DNA of 64,000 nt from Okamejei kenojei (Eukaryota), in NCBI GenBank assembly GCA_035221665.1, contig CM069155.1, positions 30,628,001-30,692,000 of the forward strand. Direction: 5' to 3'. Position 1 is the first letter of the stretch, and the number at the start of each line of letters is the position of its first letter. A program made the position numbers and the translations under genes. This document shows, in pieces, positions 28,901-40,879 of the stretch. The notes beneath the pieces are model-generated. The model worked only from the letters and a program-made list of their open reading frames with translations. It had not been told where the DNA came from and ran no database searches.

Positions 28901-29866
28901 GACATGGTACTGGAAGGCCTCTCCAGATAGGACTTACCCACATCGCAAGCGGATTTCCCCAGCCACAATACATAACTTTTCACAATTTATACCCCCTATT
29001 AAACATTTTTTTATTCCCAGAGAAGAACATCCAAGCAGTTGCCATATCTCGAAAGCTGTTTATCCCATTTCTGGGAATCGCGAAGTAACTACTTTTACTT
29101 CGGTTAATTGTTGGTGCGAAGCCCCCCTTCAAAATGAGTCTAGCGCTCACCCCTACGAGCCCGAACTTTATTCCTCTCGTTAAACTGTTTAAATATATGA
29201 CCACCTCTGCTGATTAATGTTGAGTTGGTATAAGACCCCGGTAATGCCGCGGTTAACTAATTCGTCAAACCACACTGTTCATCGCGTTTTTCATGGAATA
29301 AACTGATATCTTGTGATATTTTGTGCGGTAAGGTTGGACATATTTGGGTACTTTGAGCATATTAGCGCAATGCCACGACTGCACTTCCGGATTTCTGGGA
29401 TATCCAAAGTAGGAGACAAGGATTTGCACCTAATTTCTTCAATCTGTGGGTACTTGCAAACATCCCCTTCAGCTGTCCTAACACATGGGTCAACATCAAT
29501 CATGAAAACGCAGTTTGTTTGAAATATAATAAAGTTTCACAAAATGCCAGTTTATACTCCGGACATTATTGCTTTTATTCTATTGAAGGCAAGGACATAC
29601 TCCGGACATTATTGCTTTTATTCTATTGAAGGCAAGGACATTTGCACAGAAAATTACAACGATGCATCGTAAATAGAATAATCGGTTTTATTGCATTAAA
29701 TGTTACATTATTGTTTTTCAGCTCACCGTAAAATACGGACAGCGCATTCAAGGCAACGAAATGCACATGTGCTGCGTTTGAACGAATAGTAAAGCGAACA
29801 TTCGATATCTGCATATTGGATTAATTTACAAAGAAATGTAGCAAATCGGGAATTTGATCCTTTAAA

Positions 29867-30189
29867 TTAGAGGCAACTGGATCTGGCGATATTGGCCTTA
29901 ATCGGGGTTGTCTGGGTTTCGTGTTTAACCACACATGAATAAAGATCGTGTGAGTTCCAGTAGGCGGCTGGCAGAGTCAGGTAACTGCTCGCACTGAACG
30001 AGTTGTCCTTCTCCTGCTGGACCCGGCTGGTCGCAGCGCCATCACTTCTCGCACTGCCGTCCACGGTCCACTCAATGTCCACAGCGCCCGGATTGAACCC
30101 GCTCACCAAACACACCAGGGTGGCGGTACTTTTTGCGGTGACTTCACCCATTGACGGCGCCAGAATGGAAACGGTGGGGGGGCGCGGAC
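29867..30189 (-). CDS. Ig light chain constant exon, cluster 2
   Basis: Intact C1-set ORF with 3 aa differences from cluster 1 (T>P, D>G, S>T). Acceptor conserved. Confidence 0.95.
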
Positions 30190-31411
30190 CTGGAAATAAG
30201 AATTGAAATAAATACAAATGGATTATTTATCAGTTTACGTTAAGTCAGAATCGATTCAGCTGGAATGACTCCAGACAAGATTTACGTCGACGGTGCCAGG
30301 TTTCGAACGCCTGAACTATAGGCATCGATTGGATATGCAAGGATGTTAGTCCTTGGAGTGTAGAATACCTTCGGGTGATCGCATGGCGGTGTACAATATC
30401 GCGAGGGGGATACATAGGGTTAGCGCACTGAGTATTTCCCCCATAGTAGGAGAATGGAGAACTAGAGTGATTAAGTTCAGTGCAACACTTCGACAGAATA
30501 TGCGTCGACTCCATGGAATGTGTTCACCAGAGAAGTTGATGCGGCAGGTACAATAACACCATTTAAATAAACATTTGAATTAATACTTGTATGAAAAAGG
30601 TTCAAATAGATATCGGCCTGGCATGCGCAAATGGGAGACTCGGTCGGAATGAAATAGGTGGACTTAAGGTCTGTTCCACCGCTGCATAACTCCGTGGCTC
30701 GATGGCCGTGGACTGCACTGGCTTTACAATTACCGTCGATTTATAAACCTCATTTTATACAGCCAGAATCATGATAAGTTATTTTTCAGTGTGAATATCG
30801 ACGTTTGGTAAAACATGTAGACTACGATTTTTCTTCAGATCATGGAAACGGTTCGGAAAAAAATTGAATTACAAACTCATCCTTGCAGAATGAGCAGCAT
30901 TTCCAAAATTAATGCTTGTTCAAAATAGTAATTCAATTTTTTTTTCCATGAATTGTCTTTAGAATGTTACTTATTAGTGAATATTCCACATCGTCCAGAA
31001 AAGTCCATGATTCAATGATGGTGGCGGTCAGAAAAATGAAAGGTAAAAACTAAAGAAATGTTTTGGTCTGATTCAAATTTTTCTGACACATGTCCAGACA
31101 GCTCTGGGTTTAACATCCAACCATATTCGAACTTTAAAAAAACATTTCAACCTAATGCCGAATTTAAAGACGCTGTTACTATTTCCTACCAATCTTTCGA
31201 TTCTGAGCAATTCAGCAATAACCTCGTTTACTTGTGTGCCCATTTCTGCCACTAATTTATCCGAAAAAAGCCCAAAATCATGTCTCGCTCTTTTCAAGCT
31301 TTTTGACATGTACGGTCTTACCCAACCGACTGCCTGACCGTAAAAAAAAAATCAACAATCAGAGGGATCATGTTTAACAGCATAATAAACAGTCTGCGTT
31401 TTGCTATATCA

Positions 31412-31847
31412 CTCTCTGGAATTTATGGAGATTAAGAGGGGATCTTATAGAAACTTACAAAATTCTTAGGGTTGGACAGGCTAGATGCAGGATGATTGTA
31501 TCCAGATTGTTGGGGAAGATCCAGGACAAGGGGGGTCACAAGCTTAAGGATTAAGGGTGGGAATCCTTTAAGACCGAGATGAGAAGACTTTCTTCACACA
31601 GAGAGTGGTGAGTCTCTGGAAACTCTCTGCCACAGAGGGTAGTTGAGGCCAGGTTCATTGGCTATATTTAAGAGTGAGTTGGATGTGGCCCTTGTGGCTA
31701 AGGGGATCAGAGTGTATGGAGAGAAGCAGGTTCTGGATACTTGAGTTGGATGTTCAGGCCATGATCAAATTGAAAGGGGCGGTGCAGGCTCGAAGGGTTG
31801 AATGGCCTACTCCTGCACCTAATTTCTGATGTTTCTCTGTTTTATCA
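31412..31847 (+). mobile_element. CR1 3' fragment inserted in the J-C intron of cluster 2 only
   Basis: CR1 3' end (ggggatcttatagaaacttac…cctactcctgcacct) is absent at the equivalent site in unit 1 (~13060). TATCA on both sides (31407-31411, 31843-31847). Confidence 0.85.
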
Positions 31848-33088
31848 TACATCGAATGACAATCGAAGAACCAGCATCAAAATCCCTTGCAGGTTCTACA
31901 AGGTGGGTACAAAAGAGTCCTGGACGACATAGCGCCAAATGTGATCAGTCTAGGAGCAATGGCGAGCATGAACGAGATATGAACCCGAATACGATTCTGC
32001 TCTTGTTTCCTAATATTTCGGAGCTGAATCAGACTTGCAACATCCTCCACACTTTCGCGCAAATTGGAGAATTAAAATGGTTCGTGCGAAGCGTTTAAAT
32101 ATTTGTTTTTTACCTTTTCCTGACAATTAGTTTTAGCGCTGTTTGTTGGGAGCGCATTGTAAACTGTCGAAACGACACTTCACCCTCATGGTATCATTAA
32201 AACGATAGAAATCAACTTCACGCAATTTGCCCTTATTTGCCCTAATGGGTATTTGCAATGTCAAAAATATCCCATTTAAATTCAACAAACCTCCCTTGCC
32301 AAATGTTTATTAACTTTCCTTTGGCATGCTTCCAATGATTTCTATTAGGCCACTCTCAGAGTTGGTATTCTCAGTGTCCACAATATACCGGAAGCTAATA
32401 AAATCTCATAATTTTCCGAGCAATTGTTTTTCAAGTAACGAAAAGTTGTCAGGCTTTCGTTTGCATTAAGTTTATATATTGATAGCAAAATGATCAATAA
32501 TAGCAGCATGTCTGAATGAAACCCGCCACTTGAGGATACATCAAATCAGAGAATAACAACATTTCGGTTATACGAGCAGGAGCAGGTTTCATGAACATCG
32601 GGGAAGGAAAAGGGGCAAATAGAGCTTCAGGAGATCATTCCAGAATTTAACAAACACGTTTGATGCACAGTGTCAGTGTGTGAAGATATTAAATTCCAGG
32701 ATGATCATTGGAAGCCACGGTTAGGTGAGCGCAGATTTCTCGGAGTGTTGTAGGGATCAGAGGTAAAGGATCATAAACACCAAGTTTCACGCAGGGAGAA
32801 CAAGTTGGTAACTTGAGTACAGCACACAAAGAGCTGAAAAAGTAATCCAGCGGGATCAGACAGCATTTCCCTGGAGGACATAGAAAGACGATATTTCCGT
32901 TCGGGAAAGTCGCACAAAGAGACTTTGTTCCGACACGAAATATTGCCCATCCATACATCTACCGCAGATGCTGGCTGACCCGTTGTGTTCTAATTAGGTT
33001 TATAGGATCTTTCTACCGGTGATTTATGTTGGAAAGCAAAACTTAACTTCAACGATTCGTTATTTCAAAACGTGAATACTTTACTTAC

Positions 33089-33582
33089 TGCTCAGATTCA
33101 GTTGGGTTCCTCTCCCAAAGGTGTATTTACTGTTGTCCCACACACCACAGTAATAATCCGCAGCGTCCTCGATTGCCATAGGTTGGCAGATTGTAAATGC
33201 ATTTGGTTGTGGATGGACTCCAGGGAACCCGTGAATCTATCTGGAATTCCGGTGCTCTGGTGGTGGAGCTTCCATACCACCGAAGAAGGGCTGCTGTCCG
33301 GCTTTTCTGCCCTAGGACCAGCTCGATGTACCAGCTACCGATGGTGCCCTGACAGGGTACAGGTGATTTTGACGGTTCTTCCCGTGCGAGGTTGATAATA
33401 GACGCGAACCTGAGTCAAAGGTTGTCTCCGCGTTATAGCTGATAGAAAAAAACAGATAAATATACAGAACCATTAGAAAAAACACAGCAGATGTAAAAAC
33501 GATACAGCATTAATCATTCTGCGCTCCACTCAACAGTGGAAAACAGGTCACCAAGGCGAGAACCCAAACCCATTCTGGCCAT
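33089..33582 (-). pseudogene. Ig light chain leader + germline-joined VJ, cluster 2 (frameshifted as assembled; may be intact in reality)
   Basis: Homologous to 14257-14740: VJ 33089-33438, leader ~33535-33582, YYCGVWDNSKYTFGRGT still readable. Many 1-bp indels, at the same density as in flanking non-coding DNA. Confidence 0.75.
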
Positions 33583-33644
33583 GTCGAAGTGATAAAGGAA
33601 ATATTTTGCTGCACAAGCGCTGTTTTGAGCCGTTTCGAAGTTTC

Positions 33645-33711
33645 TCTTTTAAGTCTTCAGCATCCCAACGTCACTGATTATTAATTATTCATGCAAATCT
33701 TTATCCACGTG
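33645..33711 (-). promoter_or_regulatory. IgL V promoter, cluster 2
   Basis: Octamer ATTTGCAT at 33691-33698. TGACGT and CACGTG are conserved. Confidence 0.8.
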
Positions 33712-35391
33712 ACATCGATTCACTGAATTATTGGCTCGGTGTAATATTATATTTCTGCAGCTCCAGCCCTTTGGGAGAAAGAAATATTCATGTTGTTTTA
33801 AGTGGGGGGAGAATAGCAGACAACGGTGAACACAACGGCTTCGGGGGGAGGGGGGGGCGGGAAGCTCTGAGACTCAGACAGGAACTGTTGTGTGAGAGCA
33901 GGCTCTTATTTACTGAGCAAAATGTGTCAGTTTTGTTGAATGATAGCACTGTAGAGACTTTGCACTAATCCCCTTAAGCTTCCAAATAATTATAAAATAA
34001 TATATTTGCCCTTTTCCCTATACAAATAATTCGCAGTGAGTAATATCGCAAGCACCATTCCGCCATAAGCCCCTTCATTGGAATTAATTGTCCACTTTGA
34101 TGGGTCAAATAAAACGGCACAAGAAGTCTGGTTAACATGATCTTCTTCGCATGTGCTAGAGGACAAGAAAGTGTTCAGCTTCAGTCGATCGAATTCGAGG
34201 GCAACGGGAAAGAACGTTGATAATTAATTAAAGTCGTAATGTTGAGGGGGTGAGGGATGCTGTAAGAGGGGGTACATGCATGCTGGAACGGAGCCAGATG
34301 ATGTGTTGTGTTCTTTTTCTTGTATGGCTGCACGTTAACTCAAATATCAATGTACCATAAATGATGCGTGTGAATTAATGTGAACTTGAACTTGAAAGTG
34401 CACTAGCAAATTCAATTAAAATATCGGGGTGGGTGAAAATCCTGTTGTAGACGGAAGCTTTTCAAAGTAATCATTCAAAAGAAGAAAACTACACACGTGC
34501 CACGAGAAATAAAATCCAAGTGCATCACACATCCACGATTATCTAAACATGTTACAGACAGCAGTAAACTAAGAGCAAAAACATTTTCTATGAGCATAGT
34601 TGAATGGAAATCAGAAAATTGAACAGCGAATTGTAAAAAAATATGACGAAGCGTTCAATGAGTCCGAAAATATTAAAGTATTGTTGGACGTCAGCTAGAA
34701 GTGTAAATTAATGATAATAAGAATTTCTGTCATTGTTATTACAACCTACAGAGTGGACAATGGTCTGAAGTAAGGGATCTGGGGTAAAATTAAAGGGGAA
34801 TGTCGAGATGACAGATAATGTAAACTGAAAATTTTCATCGGTCTTCACTACAGAACACGGCAACATCCCAGAAACGACTGCAGACATGTAGTGGAAGCAA
34901 GGAACAAACTCACAACAGTTGCAATCATTAGGAGGTGATAGAGCCACGGGCTGACAGGGTCTTAAGATGTATTGTATTTCATTCTAGAATCTCAATTCAT
35001 CCCATTGCAGCGCTGAATTCATTACTTCGAGTTTTTATTTCAAATCTACCATGGAAGTTCCTTGGTGATCATTTTCATTAAGAATGGAAGAGAGAAAGGA
35101 AATATTGTAAAACTGGTTACCAAAACGATATAAAGGGTACTGGACAAAAATGATCAAAAGGTCATCTCGCTAAAGTCTCAAAATGTTGTTGTGGGAAAGA
35201 GAGGAAAAATTCAGATGAGGAGGAGCAAAAGGGGCTTGGGAATGCTGGTGTTGGTGCAGGATTCCCCAAAAGTTAATTTACAAGTCTGTAGTCAGGGAAG
35301 GCGAATGCAATGCTAGCAATTCTATCTCGAGGGACCAGAACACAACAACAAAATACTAACACAGGGATGGAATACCTGAGAGGTTTTATAA

Positions 35392-35891
35392 NNNNNNNNN
35401 NNNNNNNNNNNNNNNNNNNNNNNNNNNNNNNNNNNNNNNNNNNNNNNNNNNNNNNNNNNNNNNNNNNNNNNNNNNNNNNNNNNNNNNNNNNNNNNNNNNN
35501 NNNNNNNNNNNNNNNNNNNNNNNNNNNNNNNNNNNNNNNNNNNNNNNNNNNNNNNNNNNNNNNNNNNNNNNNNNNNNNNNNNNNNNNNNNNNNNNNNNNN
35601 NNNNNNNNNNNNNNNNNNNNNNNNNNNNNNNNNNNNNNNNNNNNNNNNNNNNNNNNNNNNNNNNNNNNNNNNNNNNNNNNNNNNNNNNNNNNNNNNNNNN
35701 NNNNNNNNNNNNNNNNNNNNNNNNNNNNNNNNNNNNNNNNNNNNNNNNNNNNNNNNNNNNNNNNNNNNNNNNNNNNNNNNNNNNNNNNNNNNNNNNNNNN
35801 NNNNNNNNNNNNNNNNNNNNNNNNNNNNNNNNNNNNNNNNNNNNNNNNNNNNNNNNNNNNNNNNNNNNNNNNNNNNNNNNNNNNNNNNNNN
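35392..35891. other. Assembly gap (500 N)
   Basis: A run of exactly 500 N, a round number that suggests an unsized scaffold join. Confidence 0.99.
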
Positions 35892-36119
35892 GGGTACCGG
35901 GATACTGGTTGATGATCTGCCATGTTCTCATATTGAATGGCGGTCAGGATCGAAGGGATGAATGCCTACGACGCTGCACTAATTTCTATTGTTTCTATGT
36001 TTCTAGTAACTTTTCCCTCATGTTTTGTGCAACAATTTATCGTGATTTCAGACATGTGATGTTACGACCCCCCCCCCCCCCCATTGCCCCCCCCCCCACC
36101 CCCCCCCCCCCCCTATAAA

Positions 36120-36560
36120 ATTAACTCTCTTGGTTTCCCAAGAGGACTATTTCAGGAACCTGGTATATAAACGGATTGGTCGTCTATACTCCAGCGCTAA
36201 ACGCGGTCAGATTGCAGATTGACAGGGTCGATGTATGACAATCTTGGGCACCGATAGCATAGGTGCCATCAGAAATACTTCACAGTGCAGGTATGCTGGA
36301 AAATAACTAAAAGAAAAAAAACGGGCATTTCTCGAGTTACGTTGACAATTGTATTCGGGACAGGACATCCAACCACACAACGGCGTACTGGATAAAACAA
36401 TATTAAAGATAATTGTCCTATTGTGAAGTCTCTCTTAGTCAAACCTCCATGGCTTCAATTCATGGAGCGATGCCTCGCGGCCCAGCAACCCCGGTGCAAC
36501 TGCAGAAGGGTCGCGAACCCAGAAATGTTAACCAATTCTTTATCTCCAGGTGATGCCGTC
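36120..36560 (+). other. Noisy third copy of the receptor ITIM-bearing tail exon
   Basis: Colinear with 58444-58850 (tttcccaagaggactatttcaggaacctggtatata…gtcagattgcagatt…gacatccaac…ttaaagataattgtccta…ccagcaaccccggtgcaactgcagaaggg), but full of indels. Confidence 0.8.
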
Positions 36561-39500
36561 GTGTCCCGTGATTTACTCCGCTTTATGGGTCTCACTTTCA
36601 TTGGTTATTGAGGAGATTACTCTAAATATAGGTTAATTTCAATGTTATACCTGTTGAGTTTGTAAAGGATACACAAGTTCGATATGAGATGCTGTTTCTC
36701 TCCGGTTTGCGGTTAAGCGGGCCATTAATTTTGGCAATAGAGGAGTCTCCGGACACTAACGTTATGTGGGAGAGTTGGAACATTTTGCTCGTTACATTCG
36801 AAAATGGCCGCTTAAAACATTATCTGAGCCCTGAGCACTAATAGGAAATATGGCGTGTGCCGACGGCCGAATGGACTTAAGTGTGCGGTTCCCCTATAAT
36901 TGTTCATGAATCCACGCAGGAGTTTGAGAGATGCTGTGTACATGAGGTGCCGCATCCACAGACTGAGTTTTAAGCTATTGTGTCTGTTATTGATAGTGGA
37001 AGTGGGGTGGTTTTCCCCCTGGGGCTAAGCGAACCCAGCCCGGGTGTAGTGTGGATTATGCTCTTGGATTTAACGCAGTGTTATATTGCGGCATTCGCCG
37101 CAAGGACTGTTTTATTGTGGAATGGTGTGGTTGAAGACTTACGAGCGATCTTGTAGTTGTGTACACTATTTAGAATTACGGTTATGTTATGCAGCTTTAT
37201 TGCATTTTTGATTACCTTTCATATGATGGGTGGTGACTAAACTATGTTTTTATATATATCCCTGATTTCTACATGTGGGATGCTTTGTATACTGTTCAAT
37301 CTCCACGTCTCCAATAATTTAAATGTTACTTGTATCCCATTTTCTATCTAATTTATTAGGAATATATATATATAGAAGCTGAGCTATTAAATATTTGATA
37401 TATTGGATTGGATTATTTTAGAAAATATATGAATTGTGTATGACGATGAAATGTTTTTGTTTTTATGTGTACTTGCTTCTTATATATAGACGTTAGTTTT
37501 TTAATACATTTATGAAAAAAGAGTACATTGGAAGAATTATTATACTACAAATTGTTCATCAGATTCTCTGGATTTCTTAGAGCCATCGGTGATGCTCTTG
37601 ATGGTAGAATTCGTCTGAGGTAAATGCATGGACCACATAGCAAGGTCACTTGGGGAGTTTATTACAGATCTTCTGCCTTTCGCTAAGGTTTCTAGTCCAA
37701 CAGGCAATTTCCTGGCCCATATTGTTTTCCTTCAGTTCCTTCCAGTCAATCCGCCCAGTTTCAGGTCTGGGCCTACCAACTATAAATCTAGGTAAGGATT
37801 GTTTGTGTTTCGCTATTCCTGAGTGAGACTCAGTATCCTCTGAAATGTAAACTGTTCATAAATTCATTCTGACATGTTTCTGGGATTTTCCTACATTATA
37901 ATAATTCAAGCTTTTGTCGCGGTCTTCAAGGGGGTCTCAAGTCTTTGTGGTGTCTTTACGTGTAGTCTTTGTTCTCCTCTGTTCACATGTACTGCTTAAA
38001 GAAGCTTTTTTTAGCTATCGATTTTGCTTTATGTAGTAGATGGGCTAGTCTCTGCTTCGTTACCTCATCGTTTTCCCCTTCCCCATATTGCTTTTTTGTG
38101 TTTTTCTGTTGTTCTTTAAAATTACACAATACTTTGCTGCCCGCTACATCTTTGCGTACGTTTGACTTCTTACGTTTTAATTTTTATATATGTCCCTGGA
38201 CATCCCTGTTGCCTTGGTCGTCCATTTCTCACCTTGGGAATCTTCTTCCTGCATTGGAGGGGTAAACGTGATTCTAGCATATTTGTATATTTTTTCTCTA
38301 CTAGAGTTTTTTTTTTGTTTTTTGATTTTTTTTAATTTCTTTTTGTGTTGTTATTTTTTTGTTTTTTCTGTAATAGCCTGCTACATTTTGTTTGTTGTCC
38401 ACCTGTCATCATCATTGCTACGACTCGATATAAATTGTTTCCGAGTCATACTGTTGGCCAGCTACCTGGCTCATGGCCCATAGTCCGCCTTTTTCAACGT
38501 CAACATCTGCCCTCCGGATTCCCTTCTACCTCTCCAATTGATAGATGTTAAACCTGACCATGTTGATGGTGCACTGCCTCCTCAGAAGGTTCTTTAGAGT
38601 CAAAATGCTCTTTTTTTTTTGGTTTTTTCGAGTTTATTTGGTTGGGTGTGTGTGAATATATGGTTAATTACTTAACGACACTTAAACCCAGAGATTGCCT
38701 TCTTCACTGGATGTAGGGTCTGGCCAATGTTCGAAGATGTGGTGTGTATGAATCGAAGTCACAAAAGGGCATATCTAACTCAAAGAGTCCGCTTTGCTTG
38801 GTGGTCCGAGGTTTACACGAAGACCTTGTTTTTTATCCCAGGATATCCTGATTGTTGTGAGTATGAAATGCTGTCTTTGATAAGCACTTGAAATACACAG
38901 CATTGTACTTTTGCCATGCTGCCAATTTTTAATGTGTCCTGGGTTTCAACTTGCCTTGGGCCTATGTTCCCATGGCTGATGTTGGTGGGGGCCTGGTAGA
39001 TTAGTCCCATTTTTTTATAGTGGTCTTGTTAACCTGCTGTCATATTCCGTAGTTTCTGAATCCATACTGATGTTGGTCCATAAAACTCTTTGTTTCAGAG
39101 GTTCGCCGCCCCTTGCAAGGAGCATTGAATTTCATTTACTCTCCAAAATGTGGCACACAAACACCCCTTACGGCTCCCGCACTCTCTGTTTTGTACTTCT
39201 TTGTCGATAGTTGAGGTGTATATTATCTCCTTGAATATATTACAGATTCCTAGAGCATGGCCCTCTTTTGCTCAGAACATGTCTCTGTAATAATTCCCAA
39301 ACATTCAGTATTTAATTGCCAGTTTTAACTTGTGACTCAGCTCGTTCCGTGCTTTATCCTTAACCTTTGCGCATTCATACTCACATATTCGTTCCCCCTC
39401 AGCACTGCCTCGTTAATTGGGCCCTGTGATCTTACTTTTCTGTGGTCCTATTGTCTCGGGGTTTTCTATAGTTTCCATTAATTGGAGAATTTCATTGATT

Positions 39501-40879
39501 GTAATTTTTCTGTTGTCCTTCCCCTTAACCCTCCGTACTTTATATTTCTCGCAATTTGTCTATATCCAGTCACCCACCCACTGTTTTGTTCTAACCCTAA
39601 GCATGTGTGAGGCTTTCATTAGGGTCTCTTCATTCTGTCTTGTCTGTAGGTGCAGGAGTGTTCTGTCTCGGTGTCTGTTAGGTCCTGTGGATGTAAATTT
39701 GTATATATTTGGTGTGATGTGTGGGTCAGTCGCAGTGTCATCAGGAGCCGGATGGCAATGTAGTGTGTCGCTCCTTTGTTTTACCACTCTTTGAAGACGG
39801 GGAGGAGACTGAATTTCCAGGACCTGACACTCAGGACTCGCTTCTTACCTGATGCATTATGTCTCAGTAGGGTCAAGCGCATCTCTGGAGCTAAAGGATG
39901 GTGATGTTTCGGGTCTTGCTCTTCTAGATGAAAACTAACTTGCATCTCCCATCTTCTCTCAGTTTGGGAGGTTCGCTACACAAACCCGGATGATTTTTAT
40001 TTACTACTAAGCCTTTACTTGGACCTTTCGACCCCCCCCCTCCCCTCCCAGGAGATTCTGTTTTTGTTTCACCATTTGCAGAGCATTTGGCTAGTTTTTT
40101 TTTTTATTTTCTCTCTCATTTGGGAAAGCTCTACTGTAGCTGTCAATCTCGCAGAACTTACTGCTTCGAAGGGCAAGGTTATGATTTATCTTTTTCACTA
40201 ATGTTGTCGCTCTTTGGATTCGGGCAAGTTAACGTGAAGCCATGAATACGAATTATCAAGTCAGCACAATGCATCCGCTTGCCAGACAGTCGATTGAGGT
40301 CTTCCTCTCATGTGATCTTTAATAACATAAAATACTGGACAGTTCAAGTCAGATCACAATATTTGCAGAGTCAGGACACAAAACAGGACACTGGCTTTGA
40401 CCTTTTTATCAGAACTGAAAGGCAGATTTACGAAATTACAGATCAAAAATAACGGCGAACGGAAATACAAGCAACATATTCGCAGAGATTGGATGAGGAT
40501 GCACTGAATTTTAAATCGATGCGCACAGCAAGTGTAAACTGAAAGCGAGGTTTCCATTTCTTAATCCGCGTCCTACCTTTTCTCCAGCGATTCCGAACTA
40601 CAGATTTCGGCATCCATACTATTTTGCATGTCGGTGGTGAAAGTTGTGTCGGAGACAGTGACCAACAGTCACAGTGGACTGTGATTAGATACAGTTACTA
40701 ATAGATCGGTCAGGTTGTCACAACTATTGCCTAGGATTTTCAATAAGCTACAGCTGGGAGTAAACGACAGGTGCTTGCTCTCCATCGCAACTCTGTGTTT
40801 GGGGGCTGGCTTTGCAAATTTTCAGAAGTGAATATTGTACCTGCAAATATAGAAAATGTAGATAGCGGTTAATTGTCCT

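Larger units (their letters stand above)
18225..35391. repeat. Tandem segmental duplication, unit 2 (cut by the gap)
   Basis: Colinear with 1-~16395. Indel density rises steadily from about 30600 to the gap. Confidence 0.97.

Noticed and set aside
35273-35931. Long ORFs spanning the gap
   Set aside because: Artefacts of translating Ns.
36600-39600. AT/T-rich ORFs after the gap
   Set aside because: Low-quality contig end with no interpretable homology.
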